The notes beneath the pieces were generated by a model. It worked only from the letters and a program-made list of their open reading frames with translations, ran no database searches and was not told the origin of the DNA. A DNA stretch of 64,000 bases from Lama guanicoe. Taxonomy: Eukaryota. Shown one piece after another: positions 12,770-25,980 of this stretch (within the stretch, counting starts at the first letter, position 1; each line of letters starts with the position of its first letter). The DNA lies in NCBI GenBank assembly GCA_013239625.1, contig MU053520.1:780530-844529 (forward strand), in the 5' to 3' direction. The translations under genes and the position numbers were made by a program.

Positions 12770-12992
12770 TAGCTTGGGATTTGGAGCTTAGGACGTCAGA
12801 CTCTGTTTCCTGCCCTTACACTGAATTGCTGTGTGATCTTAAGCAAGTTGTTTCACCTTTCTGGGCCTAATATTCATCATCTGAAGAGGAATGTGGCAGT
12901 AGTGATCGTACAATGATGTAGGGAAGATTAATGCAGTGATGCGTTTTAGTACCAAGCACACTGCCTGGTATATTTTAAGTGATGAATAAATC
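12770..12992 (+). mobile_element. MIR SINE
   Basis: gctgtgtgatcttaagcaagttgtttcacctttctgggcct...catctg...agcacactgcctggta...aataaat. Confidence 0.7.
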
Positions 12993-14699
12993 CTGCTTTT
13001 CCTTTCATTTCATCACTTCCTTTAGACCATTTCCCATCAGCCTTGCCTGTCATTGGCTCCCTATTTAAAATATATGTTTTATGTATGTTTTGATATTTCA
13101 GTCAAGTGATTATCGTCAGCCCTTGAGGTTCATACCACTTGTCTTTGAAATTCTCTCAGTTTCCCCTTAAATATTGAGATAGTTGAATAAATCACAATGC
13201 AACATAGGCTTTGTAAACCAGCATAAAATCGTTTAACCCTCTCCCTACATATAAACAGAAAGAAAAATACTGAACCATTTTTACCCTGACAACTTCCGGG
13301 GCACCACAGCTAAGACTAAAATAATTTGACAAAGCAGATTGTGTGAAGTTAATGTCATTCAGTCTAGAGAATGTTTTCAATTTAGAGACTTTCTACGGAG
13401 TATCAATTACAATTCACACTTCAGAGAGGGTAACAAATCAATCCATTTTCAGATCACTCTATAGAAGTGAAAAATTACTGAGAAGTTTTATGTAATTTTC
13501 ACTCCCATTGCTTAAGCCAAAGAAGGAAAATGATAAAAGATCACAGACCAAAATCTAACTTAATCAGTGAAGTTCCTTCCGGCTAAAGAACTGGAAACTA
13601 TAAAATTCTTAATTGAGGAGCAATGAATTCTCACAGTTAAGTTCTTTAGGCAACAGAGACTTAAACATTAAGAAGAGCAGGGCATGATCAATCTTCCTGA
13701 AGGGCTTACACAAATTACCTAAATTGGTCTCACTTCTAATTTTCTCCTGGTGCTCTGGGAGTGGAGTGTGGTTATCTAAGGAGTGATGAAGCCCCTCATA
13801 CAGAGGATGTGTCCCCAGGCCCGATGCAGTCTTCACCAGGGAACTGTGGTCAGTAAGTCAGATGGGCATGTTGCTGAGACAATGCAATGTCAAACAAACG
13901 GGTGTCCAGGACTATTTGATTTAAATGTTCTTCTGTCTTACCTGTCAATGGCACATCTGTAAAGAAAACTTCTGAGCTAGGACTTGGTCTAAGTCTTTTA
14001 TGCTGGTCTGAAGTGAGGGCAGAAGTGTTTAATTGCGGATGAATTTTCTGGGGCAACCCTCTCCACTGGTGGCTCTATGGAAGAAACAGCTGCAGATTGC
14101 TCTTGCATTGTTGGGTGGTTACAGCGTGGGTTGACATTTGCCACAGATCACTAAAATCAGACCATGGCACTACCAGCACATCACTTAGGTGTGTGAATCT
14201 CCTTGTGACTCCTCATGGGCATTTTGGCTTCAGTCACGATGCCACTGTCCTACCCACTCCCACGGGAAGGACCCACAGGGTTACTCCACTGTGACATATA
14301 CCAAAAGCACAGTGATACCAAGTAGATGTTCCCTAAATGGTATTTATGAAAGCCATGTACCTCTACAATGATCAGGCAATGCACTGTGTAGCATAGCCAC
14401 AATTAAGAAGTGTTATGACAGGTGCACACTTTTATAAAGGGTGATTTGGTTCCTGAGCAGGAAAATCTTAATCCCATAGTGTTTAAATGTTCACTTTTTA
14501 AAACATGGGATTTATTCACCAAGACAAGTTCACTTCAACAAGTATTTAATCTTTTCTAGTTATTTTTGTTTTGCTTTATTCAGTTTTTCTTCCTTCTGTC
14601 CCATCCTCCCTCCTTTTCTTTCTCCTTCCTTCTTTCCTTTTTCCCATTTATTTTCTTTTTCACTTTATTGACCTAAAAGTTGTAAGTACTTTAAATTGA

Positions 14700-15545
14700 G
14701 TAGATGGTGATAGTAAAAATACCAATTTGTATGAGGCATTATGCTTTTAAAAAATTCCTTATTCCTTGTTCTTAAGGAACTTACCCAAGATCACAATTCA
14801 CACATGCAGACAAATATATACAGCAAAATAATGATGGCAAAACATATCAAGGAACACCCATGGGTGCTTAGATAGAAAAAGGTTTACTCCCTTCTTACAT
14901 AGATTTACACAGGAAAAATGGCGTTTGAACTGAGCCTTGAAAAATGGTTTCACACAGAGAAATAAGCTAGAGTAAGAATTCAAGACAGATGAGATAGTGT
15001 AGATAAATAAGCAGTGAAAATGGGGTCAAGGGATGAACCACTGAGTTTTAAAGGAATAATGACTAGAATTTGGTAATATGATTAGCAACAAAACCAGAGC
15101 AAACAACACAGGAAAATTAGCAGGTGATAAAGTTGGGGGGGGATAGAATGATGGAATTATGAATGTTCTATAAGTGTGTATATTGATTTTTAGAGCAGAA
15201 ATGGAAATTAATAACAACATTAGAGGATAAAGATTGGAACCATAGACTCAAAGTGTTCAAACCCAGAGACAAGAACTAACATTTTTAGAGAGTAGGAAAC
15301 TGGGCTTTGTAACCTCCTAGAGTGATAATATTTTAGGAAAGAATAGATATAGATTGTGTAGAGAGTTGTGAGAAGAGAAATAAGTCAGGACCTTGGAAAC
15401 AGACAGCTTTTGGAAGCAGGAGGAAGAAAACAGGAAAACCAGGTTAGTGAAGATTAAGAAAGTCAGAGGAGAAGAGGCCATTATATCAGATGCTGCAAGG
15501 GTCAGGGAGGATGAGGACTTTGAAAAGACTGGAGTGTATGATTAG
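14700..15545 (-). mobile_element. L2 fragments
   Basis: cttgttcttaaggaacttac...ggcgtttgaactgagccttgaaaaatg...atcagatgctgcaagggtcagggaggatgaggact. Confidence 0.5.
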
Positions 15546-15554
15546 ACAGAGAGT

Positions 15555-15740
15555 AGAGCATAGGGCTTACGGGTACACATTTGGGGTTTGTATCCTTGCT
15601 CTACCACTGTGTGATCTCAGGCAAGTTACTTAGCCTCTCTCGTCCTCTATTATCTTATTTATAAAATAGAATTTGTTGTTGGAAGTGAACATGGAACATA
15701 ATTTGAACAAGACTTGGGTAATACTGAGCAATATAAACAT
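15555..15740 (+). mobile_element. MIR SINE
   Basis: gctctaccactgtgtgatctcaggcaagttacttagcctctct. Confidence 0.65.
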
Positions 15741-16379
15741 GGTTGTCATCTCTTTTCTCTTTTTGCAGACTCTCTCCCATTTTCACAAGATACATTAAGA
15801 CTAATCTAACTGGTGGTCTCAAGCCCTGAATCCGCATGACCTTTCAGCTCAAGCACAGCCTACACTGATCAACGCTTCTTTTGTACTTTTTTCCCCCCCT
15901 CCCAATTTCACAAAAAAGTGGAGAATTGGCTTCCTTTGTTAGAGTCCCTCCCCCCTGGTAATCAGCCTTGGCCAGGGATCAGGGTCAGGGGGGACTAACA
16001 CTGCCCTTTTAGAGCTCAGGAGATGCACACTGTCTGATGTGGAGGATGCGGGTAGGGTGGGAATGATCGCCACTTCTGGTGCAGAGAGAATAGAGGAAGC
16101 CTAGAAAGGGTCAAATGTAAACTGTGAGCTCAGACTGCCACCTTCTGTTTTGCACATAGGATGGGATCTAAAGCACCCTGATAGGTCGTAATCAGGTTAT
16201 AGCTCACAGCTCTCATCAAGCACATGGCTCCATTCACCAAAACTTAGCAGAGACAGAGGAGGTGGTAAGTTACATCAGTCCTGCTACATTCCCTCCTCTG
16301 GAGTTTCTGCCATCAACTATTACTGTGAGAAAGCTGGACTCTCCAGCCAGAGAACAGAGTGTAAATTCTCACAATCCAT

Positions 16380-16830
16380 GTTCCAGGAAGGGCTCTGCCA
16401 CCGTTCTACGTGTGACTTAGGCTGAGTTTCTTAATATCTCTGCTTCAGCTTCCTTTCATGTTAAATGGGGGCATATTAACTAGCTCATAAATTTGTGATG
16501 CCTAGCACAGTGTCTAAGGTGTAGTAGGTGTTCAATAAATGCTCTATCCTCTTGAATAGTTAACAGAGACTGAAAACATCTACTATTTAGACAGAATGAA
16601 ACAGAAGGAATGATACTTGAGCAGACGTCCTAAGACTTCATTTCTCATTCTCTCTGTACTTCCCTAGCTGTGTGATGTTTGAAGCACAACTTGCCTTTGA
16701 ACTTCAAATCTCTTATGTACAAACAGGGATATTCTTTTACTGCTCTGAATATTTTACTAGATGTTCAAAGGTCCAAGTGAGCTAAAGTGTAGGAAAATAC
16801 TGTAAAAATTTGAAATCACTAAATGCAAAG
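16380..16830 (+). mobile_element. Two adjacent MIR fragments (~16380-16545 and ~16610-16830)
   Basis: ggctctgccac...tgtgacttagg...cctagcacagtgtct...gtaggtgttcaataaatg; second core ctagctgtgtgatg. Confidence 0.55.
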
Positions 16831-17819
16831 TGTCACTAAAATTTTACTTTAATCATTGTTCTTGGATAACTGGAAATTTAAAAGGTAGTCTATATAGATG
16901 TCATTTTGAAAGCATCATTAAAGCAGATCCTGGGATAAAACATGCTCATTTTAATCTCCTAAACAGAAATTTCTCATGCTATGGGCCAAATATGATGAAC
17001 GGATAGACTTTGTTTAATCCATATACTGTTTTAAAAATATGTTTAAAATGTCTAAAAACATGTATAAAATGGGTGATTTCATAAAATGATATATATTTGC
17101 ATCTTCTCCTGGAAAATAAAAGAAATATCTTGTAATACAGAGACAGCAGGTGACATGGCCAATGATTTTCCAGGGCTGATTGGCAGTGTCAACTTCCGTG
17201 GACATTCTGGTTTGCCACAGACTCCACTACCCCTTATTACCACCTCACACTGTAGCTGACTGTCACTTACTCTTTATTGTCGCACTGTCCTATTCTACTC
17301 ATGCCACATTCTTTGTATGTCAAGTAGTGTGCTGTATTACTTACTTTGTCTGTCTGATCCTTATAGAGATGGTCTGTGATCCCTGTCCTAAAATATGCAT
17401 AGCTAACTCAATATTAACACAAAATGAATCTACTTCCCAGTTATAATACCAAGGAGAGAATCTGAACCTCCAATAAAATGTTATGATCAAAGGCAGAAAA
17501 GTGAATTATTATTATTTAGAAATAAATACAAATATAAGGGTGAAGCCAGTGTTGCTATCTTCCTGTTATATAGAAAATTCATAAATTTGAACATGACACT
17601 CTAAGCAAATGCCAACTAAACTAGCTTTTCCTACTTTCGACATGTAGTTTTTCTTCTTACAAAACCAATCACGTTAAGCTGAAGGCACCTATGAACGTGA
17701 CATTTGGAGTCTGTAAACTCTGACACTTGGATGTAACATTACTTGTATGTTTGCCTTTGTCTAAAAAGAGGCTCCTTAGCTTTACCTAATCTCACAAATA
17801 GGCCAGTGACACCAAAAGT

Positions 17820-18735
17820 TAATATGAAATGTTGCTCAATAACATTAATCATCAAAGAAATGCAATTTAAAACCACAATGAGATATTACCTCATGCCTTT
17901 TAGGATGGCTATAATTAAAAAAGGTAACAAATGTTGATGAGGATGTAGAGAAAAATGAATCCTTGTATACTACTGGTGGGAATGTAAATTGGTGTAGCTA
18001 TAATGGAAAACAGTATGGAGGGTCCTCAAAAAAATTCAAATAAAACTACCATAAGATCCAGGAATCTCAAGGCTGGGTATTTATCCAAAGGAATGTTAAA
18101 CAGGATCTCATAGCGATACCTGCATGCCCATGTTTATGGCAGCATTATTCACAGTAGCCATGATATGAAAAAAAAATCTTAAAGTCTATTGACAGAAAAT
18201 ATTGTATATGCATACAATGGAATATTATCCAGCTTTAAAAAATAAGGAAATCCTGACATTTGTGACAACAATGGATAAACCTGAAGGGCAGTATGTTAAG
18301 CTAAATAAACCAGGCACAGAAAGACAAATATATGATCTTATTTATGTGTGGAACCTAAAATAGTCAACTTCATAGAAGCAGAGACTAGAATGGCAGTTGC
18401 CAGGGGCTATGGGGAGGGTGGGATGGGGAGATGATGGTCAAAATTACAAAGTTTCAGTTATGCAAGATAAATATATTCTAGAGATCTGCTACACAGCATG
18501 GTCTCTATACAGCTAACAATGATACATTGTATATTTAAAATTTATTAGGGAGTAGATCTTAAGTGTTCTTACCACACACAAAAATAATGATAATAAAAAT
18601 AAAAAGGGGGAAAAGCAACTATAGGAGATGACAGGTATGTTTATCTATAAATGGCGGTAATGGTTTTACAGATGTATACTTATCTCCAAACTCATCAAGT
18701 TGTATACATTAAATATGTACAGCTTTTTGCCTGTG
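17820..18735 (+). mobile_element. L1 (L1MA/L1MB-like) ORF2 end plus 3'UTR
   Basis: aatcatcaaagaaatgcaatttaaaaccacaatgagatattacctc (IIKEMQFKTTMRYYL); tactggtgggaatgtaaattgg; catcaagttgtatacattaaatatgtacag. Confidence 0.9.
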
Positions 18736-19077
18736 CCTAATAATTTTTTAAACAGTTATCAGAGGGAACTGAATAAGATAATTTAACTAGCCTGAGCACG
18801 TGTTAAACTTTAACAATTACAGAAAGAGGGAATACATTTTCTTAGTCATGATTCTGAACTATAATGAGTTGAATGCAGCGCTACCACAGAGAGAGAAATT
18901 TGTGCACGTGTGTATCATTGTGCATGTAACCTTAAGATATTAACACAGAATGAAAAATCTACCATATGTAGATGTAGGAAATATATCTACTTTTCTGAAA
19001 ATGTAGTAGGAATATGGGAGAAATCCTGAAATAGGCTTGTGTCCAGTGAGACTCTTTCAGATGCTGCACACACTTCT

Positions 19078-19258
19078 TTGGGAGACAATTCTCTACTGGT
19101 CTCTCATGTTCCATCAAATCTTGGGAGAAAAGGCATTAACTTCTCTTTTTTTCTGAACTATCTTTCCAAGGATGCTTGTATAGAAAAGAGCCTTAGAAGA
19201 TGGAAAGTGTGAGTCCCTCTGGAGCAGAGGGCAATTTTGTATACTGTTTCCAAAGTTT
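19078..19258 (+). mobile_element. ERVL LTR fragment (LTR40-like)
   Basis: ttgggagacaattctct...ggtctctc...ctatctttccaaggatgcttgtatag...tccctctggagcagagggca resembles the LTR40 5' part. Confidence 0.55.
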
Positions 19259-21274
19259 ACCTCTTCTTCATTTGCAAGTCAGGTAAAATCTCAGACCCTT
19301 CACACTTTTTGACAATACTCAGTCCCACCCATTCTTCTTTCTTAGAGCTCCTTATCTCATTCCTCAGCCTATCCCTGACTTCTCAGCTTCTCTGCGGTCA
19401 GTATTTCTACCTGAACTGGCATAACCCAATATCTTGGGCTGCTTTTCACACTTAGAACTTGGAGTTAAGTTACAATCTAGTTCCCAATTGATCCAAGTCT
19501 TCAGCCCGTCAAGGCCTTACTGTCATCTCAGAAATTTAATATTACAATTGAGAATGGGGCCAAAAGGAAAAGAGAACCACATCTTTATTTAAATATTGAT
19601 TCTTGATGTAAGAGTAGAAAAAAAGCTCATAGAATCAGTGGGTCTTGTGTGTTCACCTTCTCCCCTATACCAAAAAAAAAAAGTATATGTGGAAATAAGA
19701 TGGCAAATTTATTCAGTCCTGACATACGTGGGGTGACAGGGTCGCTTCTCAAACTCTACGTAGTTTTACTTGATATGGATCTTTCATACAAAGAGAGTCT
19801 TAACTGATTTTTCTCTGCTGTAGTCCACTTTATGCTTCTGAAACCCTTTAGCGACTTGAACTTAAGGCTAATATGTGATTGGTTACCAATGGCTCAGTCT
19901 GACGTAGCTACTGTTACTTATATTAAGGCATTTGGAAGGTGGAAGTGGGCAAAAGCAAAAATGGAAATGAGATGAAATTTGCACTAGGAGATTGTATTAA
20001 GTTGCCTTCTGTTTACTTTGCTTACATTATGTCACAGAGACTTGATAAGACAATGGAGATTATAAAGCTTTTAAAACTGAATTTAAAATTAAGCATGTTT
20101 TAGGTGTAAGCTGAAGCTAAGAAGACAGATTTCCATTGGTGTTTTACACCCACATTCCCCCACACACATATGTTTACATATATATCTGTGTAAAGACAAT
20201 TTTACAGGTAATGGAATATTCTCAATAAAATTCCCATTTTTAATTTTGCCCTGTTTCTCTTCTTATTTAAAACTTCATGTAAGGATTTTATGTTCTGAAT
20301 GTCCACAAATGGTGACTCAGAAATATCAAGATGTTTAATCAGGAGCCCTCTTGCCAAATACAGGGATAGTGTGATCAACTGGAGAAATACCATCAAGACT
20401 TAGAATCCTCCCCCAGTGCCATCGAGTGGTGTGATAGTCTATTGTTCAGTTTTGCAACACTGCTGATGTTTTATTTATTTTTGCCAAGTTAAAATGAATT
20501 AAAATTTAATTTTATATTGAAAATTGTTTTGGAAATTCAGAACATCTTGAGATAACTGGATACGCTCTAGGGGCCAGAGTCAGGAGGTAGAAAACAGTCA
20601 AGGAAAAAGTAAATTCAAAACCAGGAGTGTAATGCACAGCGTGAGATTCAGGACTGCTTTGTCAAGCCGACTGATTCCTTCCTGGGGTGAACAAAACCAG
20701 GGCTTCTGCACATCAAATAGAAACTTTTTTTCAAACCCCTTGGGAACAATAAAAGTAGAGCCTGCAAGGTTAACATAGGTAACATTGGAGATGCTTACCA
20801 CTGTATATACCATCCTTTACTCAGAGAAAAATCACATAAGGACAAAATATCAGATCATAGCTCCTTTTATTACAATTTGTGCTCCTTTTACTTACTTTGG
20901 AGTACCAAGTGAATGCTTCAGCAGAATTAGGAGGTGTTTAATAATTTAACAGATGAGTCTATGTTATTATATTATTAGACAATGTCACATGAAGAAAGCA
21001 TATTTCTTTATTAATTAGAGCAAATTTTATTGAAAGACTCAAACTTCAGACAGGGTTCTAGGTGCTGGAAACACACTGACGAACAGAATAGACGAGATCT
21101 TTGCCTTTGTAAGTCTTGCAGCCTAGTTGCCAATGTATATACAGGTCTTGGGAGCAGGAAAGAGAGGAAGCAAAGTGAAAGTTCAATTGCCCACCTAGAT
21201 CTGAGTCAGAACAGGCAATTATAAGATGCTAGTGGCAGGAAGAGAAGAGGAAATTGGGAAGGTGCAGAGGAAAT

Positions 21275-21676
21275 TCTTGTGCTCAGCCCTATTTAGTTTT
21301 CCTTTTCTTGGACACAGGGCAAGATCACCATTTCCAATCCCCTTGAGGCTAAGTGGAGAAATGTGCTTGGTTAGGGTCAGTGGGCTATAGGGAGAAAGAG
21401 TATGCATCACTTCCAAGTCAAATCACAGAATAGCCGGAGCACATCTCTGTGGTGGTCTCTTTCCTGCCTCAGCAAACTAAGAGAACAATTGATAAGATTA
21501 TAGAACCAGAGAGTTGAAGTGACCTGGATTGTTAACTTGCTACATGGATGAAGGTTCTCCTGAACACTCACCCTGATATGTGGTGGACTTTGTATGAAAA
21601 AGAAACACATCTTGTTAAACTTTGAGATGGCAGGTGTACTATCTGCAGTGTAATCCTCCATGCCATAGCCACTACA
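21275..21676 (+). mobile_element. MaLR LTR (MLT1I/J-like)
   Basis: catttccaatccccttgaggctaagtg...catcacttcc...ggtggactttgtatgaaaaagaaac...actaca. Confidence 0.55.
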
Positions 21677-22404
21677 AGGATGTTAAAGGACACATAACAC
21701 ATGGATATCTGGACTCATGTATTTCTTGAAATTGATATGAGGTGCTAGAGAATAAAGGCTGTGAAGGAAGGGAGGTAATAGGGAAGAATTTTGCATTCTT
21801 GAAGCCACTACATGGAATCATAGAAATCCCTTGTTGCTTTAAGCATACCTACCATTTCAATTTGTTTGCCAAATAAAAAACAGATTGGAAAATTACTTGT
21901 AGTAGAACTATTCTTAAAGTTTTAAGGAAAAAATTATTCTCTAAGATCAAAAGGATATACAAAGACTAAGTCTCATAGAGAGTGTTTTTATTTGATCTAA
22001 TCAGTTGCCCTTTTATTGTATTAGCAATATGAGTTCATATGAAATGTGCAAGTACAAAATTTTGTGTTTTTTCTGTGTGCGTGTTTGTGTGTGATATAAA
22101 GCACAGTTAATTTTATTTACCAGAAAAATTCCAACATAATTTATCAAGTCTATAATGAAATGGACGTTTGGTAGGTAGGCTCAGATCTCTGACTTACAGA
22201 GGAAAATATAATCATTTTCTGTTGTGTTTTTCCAAAGCTTGGAAATAAATTTACAAAACATGCAAAATATACAAGACATAAGATCAGTAATATACTTTAA
22301 AAATTGGGTTTTGCCTCAGCAGTAGAAAAAATAATTTCCCTGTGTAATGGTAATGTAGCAACTGACAGTTAGTGTCTAGTTCTTTTGACACTGAGAAGTC
22401 ACTC

Positions 22405-22870
22405 ATTTATTAATTTATTCAATTATTCACTCAATCAATATGCATTGAGTGATTACAATATGTCAGACAGCCTTGGAAGTTCTGAGAATTTATCTGACTA
22501 ACCAAAACAGACATGGTTCATGACCTCTCAGAGTAAACAGTCTAACAGGAGGGAAACATTAATTAAAACTAATCAATTAAAAAGAACATATCAAGTAATG
22601 ATAAGTGCTATAAGGAAAATAGCATAGAGAGACGGGATATTGAATGTCCAGAGTCTAGGGGTGGTCATAAAGATCCTTCCAAAGAGACCATTTTTAAACA
22701 TAGACCTTAATGGCTCCCTTACAAAGATCTTGGGGAAGCTTGTTTTCAGGTAGAGAGAATTGTAATCACAAAGGTCCTGAGCAGGAAAGAGCACAGCATA
22801 ATTAAGAAGGGAAAGAAGACAAGCATAGCTCCAGCTTGATAAGCAGGGAGAGGGTGATAGGGTACAGGGT
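22405..22870 (-). mobile_element. L2 3' portion
   Basis: attcactcaatcaatatgcattgag...acagacatggttcatgacctctcagag...agtctaacagg...aaaggtcctgagcagga. Confidence 0.75.
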
Positions 22871-22873
22871 AGA

Positions 22874-23336
22874 ATTTATGGTTAATTGTATGTGTCAACT
22901 TGACTGGGCTAAGGAATGCCCAGATAGCTGGCCAAACATTATTTCTGGGTGTGTCTGTGGTGGTACTTCCAGGAAAGATCAACATTTGAACTGGCAGACT
23001 GAGTAAAGCAGATCTGCTCCCACCAAAGTTCACAGGCATTATCCAGTACCTTGAGGACACAAATAGAACAGAAAATTAGAGAAAGGGCAAATTCTCACTC
23101 CCTTCTTGAGCTGGGGCTTCCATCTCTTGTGCTCTTGCACATCAGAGGTCTTGATTCTGAAACATTCAGAGTTGGATTGAATTATACGACCAGCTTTCCT
23201 GGTTCTCCAGGTTACAGATGGAAGATTATGAGGTTTCTCAGCCTCCATGACTGACGTATTCTCATAATAGATCACCTTCTATATATCTATATGTATCTTA
23301 TTGGTTCTTTTTCTCCAGAGAATTTTGACTGATCCA
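22874..23336 (+). mobile_element. MLT2 (ERVL) solo LTR inserted in L2
   Basis: atggttaattgtatgtgtcaacttgactgggctaaggaatgcccagatagctgg...ttattggttctttttctccagagaattttgactga. Confidence 0.88.
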
Positions 23337-23379
23337 CACTTCATAATAATCCATACCTCGTAACTCAGCACTTCACAGT

Positions 23380-24700
23380 ACAATGTAAAGTTGCAATTTC
23401 ATTCTCCTGCAGTGAGAGGTCATTGAGAGACTTTTGGGGGTGTTGTCACTTGATCTGAATTAATTTTATTTTTAACTTACTGTTAACTATGCACAGAATG
23501 AAAAAAAAAGGAGGTGGGGGTTAATAAAGAAAGTCTAGAGACAAATTAAAGAGTTCATTCCAATAGTCCAAGAGGTAGTTTATTAGGGATGGAGAGAAAT
23601 TACTCATTTTGGAAATAAATTCAATGGAATTAGATAACGAACTGGAACTAGTGGTTGGGGGAGGACTCAAAGATGTTTCATGGATTGTTGGCTTAAGCAA
23701 CAAAATGAGCACTATTTACTCATTTACTAATATGAAGATACCTGAAGTAGAGGAAAGCTTTTGTTGGAGCAGTAGAGGTGAGGATGAAGATAGAGTTTTG
23801 TTGTAAGTATGTTAAATTTGAAATACCAAGTCAGCATTTGAGAAAAGATAACATGTTGGCAATTTGCTAACAATAGTCTAGAATGAAGGGAAGAAATTAT
23901 GATTGGAGAAAAAGTGAAAATATTTTTCTATGAAAATATGTGTGAAATCATGGGGCTAAAGGATATCATCTAGGGAATGAATGTGTCTTGAGTGAGAGTG
24001 TATGCACAGAAAGAAACAATCTTGATCTCTGTGATCCACTGATGCTTTAAATTCTGAAAAGGGGCAACAATAAGGATGGAGGAAAACCAGGTGAACATGT
24101 ATGTTGAAAGCCAAGGGAAAAAAGTATTCTAGATTAATTGTATCAATTGCTACTGAGACATTATATAGGAAGAAAGAAATGACTATGGGATTTGGCATCA
24201 TGGAGTTCATTATTGACTCTAAAAAGGGCAACTATCAAAAGATTATATGAAACTCAAATTGAGCACATTGAAGAATGAGTGGGGGGTTGGCATGACAAGG
24301 TAGAGACAATGGCTATGAACAATTTTTCTAGCAAAAGTTGCTGTGAAGCCAAGTGGAAAAGTCATACTATAGTTACAGGGACAATATGAGGTCAATGAAA
24401 ATTTTATTATTTCCTAAATGAAAATTTCTAAGACATGTTTTAGTGTTTATAAGAGTAATCCGAGGAAAAGTGAAGAATCAATAATTTAAGAGAAAAAAAT
24501 GATTATAGATGAGAACTCCTTGAGAAAGGGAAGGGGATTAAAACTCAGAGCCTAAATTAACCTATGACAGGAGCAGTTATACTTAATTCACTGAAACAGG
24601 AGGAATTAATGACTCTTGGTTGGATTCAGGAAGGAAACTGGTCATGAGGAGAATGATGGATAATGAAAAGGAGTAGTCAGTGGGTTTGAAGATCTCACTG
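23380..24700 (-). mobile_element. L2 continuation
   Basis: caatagtccaag...gattgttggcttaagcaac...tgttaaatttgaaatacc...ttggcatcatggagttcatt. Confidence 0.65.
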
Positions 24701-24829
24701 AAATTAAAACAATGCTAGAGAAGGACTACTAGAGTAAATGATTGGAAAAAGTGGTAGAAAATGCTAGTCTTCAACATCTGCTCATGTATCCAAAGTTAGT
24801 TAAACATTAAAAAACAAAAACTTATCAGG

Positions 24830-25201
24830 GCACAAGGCCACATAGAATGAAGACATCCCATAGCTCCTTCTGCAACCAAGTTTATAAATTTTGGCTAACA
24901 TGGTATAAGTGAAAGTATCATGTGCAACTTTTGGAATACTTCCTTAAAGATGTGGTGTCTGAAGCATATGCAACTATCCCAGAGCATGAAGTGGAAGCTT
25001 TGTGTTGATGATAACAGAGGAGCAAGATAAAAGGAATCTAGGAGCCTGATGCTTCTGGGACACTACCTTACCAGCTCTGTCTTTTGAATTTATTTTATGT
25101 GAGCGCTTCTATCAGGATTATAGCAGTGTTAATTCAGGTTTGTTTGTTTTTTTTGTCATTGTTGTTGTTATATGCAGCCACACTCATTCCTAAACAATAC
25201 A
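24830..25201 (+). mobile_element. MaLR LTR (MLT1J-like)
   Basis: ttggctaacatggtataagtgaaagt...agcaagataaaaggaatctagg...ttgttatatgcagcc...tcctaaacaataca. Confidence 0.65.
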
Positions 25202-25769
25202 GAAGATTGAAAAGTTGCTAGAAATATAATATTTGAATTTGACATTTTGGAAGTGTCACAATTATTTTTAAAAAATATTTTTGCAGTTAAAGATAAAAAT
25301 TTACTTTTTTATTTTTGACAGTTAACTTTAACTGTACTGCAAAAACCTACTGAGTTCCTATTTTCAGAGTTGCAACATAAAATATAAACAATGCAAAGGA
25401 AATGATAATAGATATTGGTAGATAACAAAAATCAAAGGTTATAACCATGAAAAGGGAGAAAAAGACAACATTCTAGATGAAAAGGCCATGCAAATGAGAG
25501 GATAAATAGATGAAAAGATAATACAAGGAGATTCTGAAATGACAGACGTGTAATAGACTTCAAGCAGAGAGGCGAAAATAACGAGGTTAAGTGCTAAAAC
25601 TGCCAAGGAGTGAGGGAGAGTGACCCAGTTTTTATAGCACAAAAGGAAAGGTAGTAGATGACTGTTTGAGAGAAAAGTGGTTTATTTTGAAGTACATTTG
25701 GTCCCCAAAGGGGAAAGATTGCCCAGGGTGCTTCCGACTGTAAGGAAGAAGTTTGCTACCTCAGTCACT

Positions 25770-25980
25770 GCAGTTAGAATGCTGAGCTAGAGTATCCTGG
25801 TCCCACTAATTACGGACCTTGGTCAAGTTACTTAACCTGTCTGTGCTTCAGTTTCTTCATTGGTAAAATAGATAATGAAAGTACAGACTCATAGGGTTGT
25901 CTAAGGGTTAAGTGAGATGATTCACATAAAGTTGTTAGCAAATTGTCTCATAAATTGTTAGGACACATGTGAGCTACAAT
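25770..25980 (+). mobile_element. MIR SINE
   Basis: gaccttggtcaagttacttaacctgtctgtgcttcagtttcttcattggtaaaatagataat is the MIR core. Confidence 0.85.

Noticed and set aside
14061..14075. CTCF site (ccactggtggc)
   Set aside because: It is one base short of the CCACYAGRKGGC core spacing.
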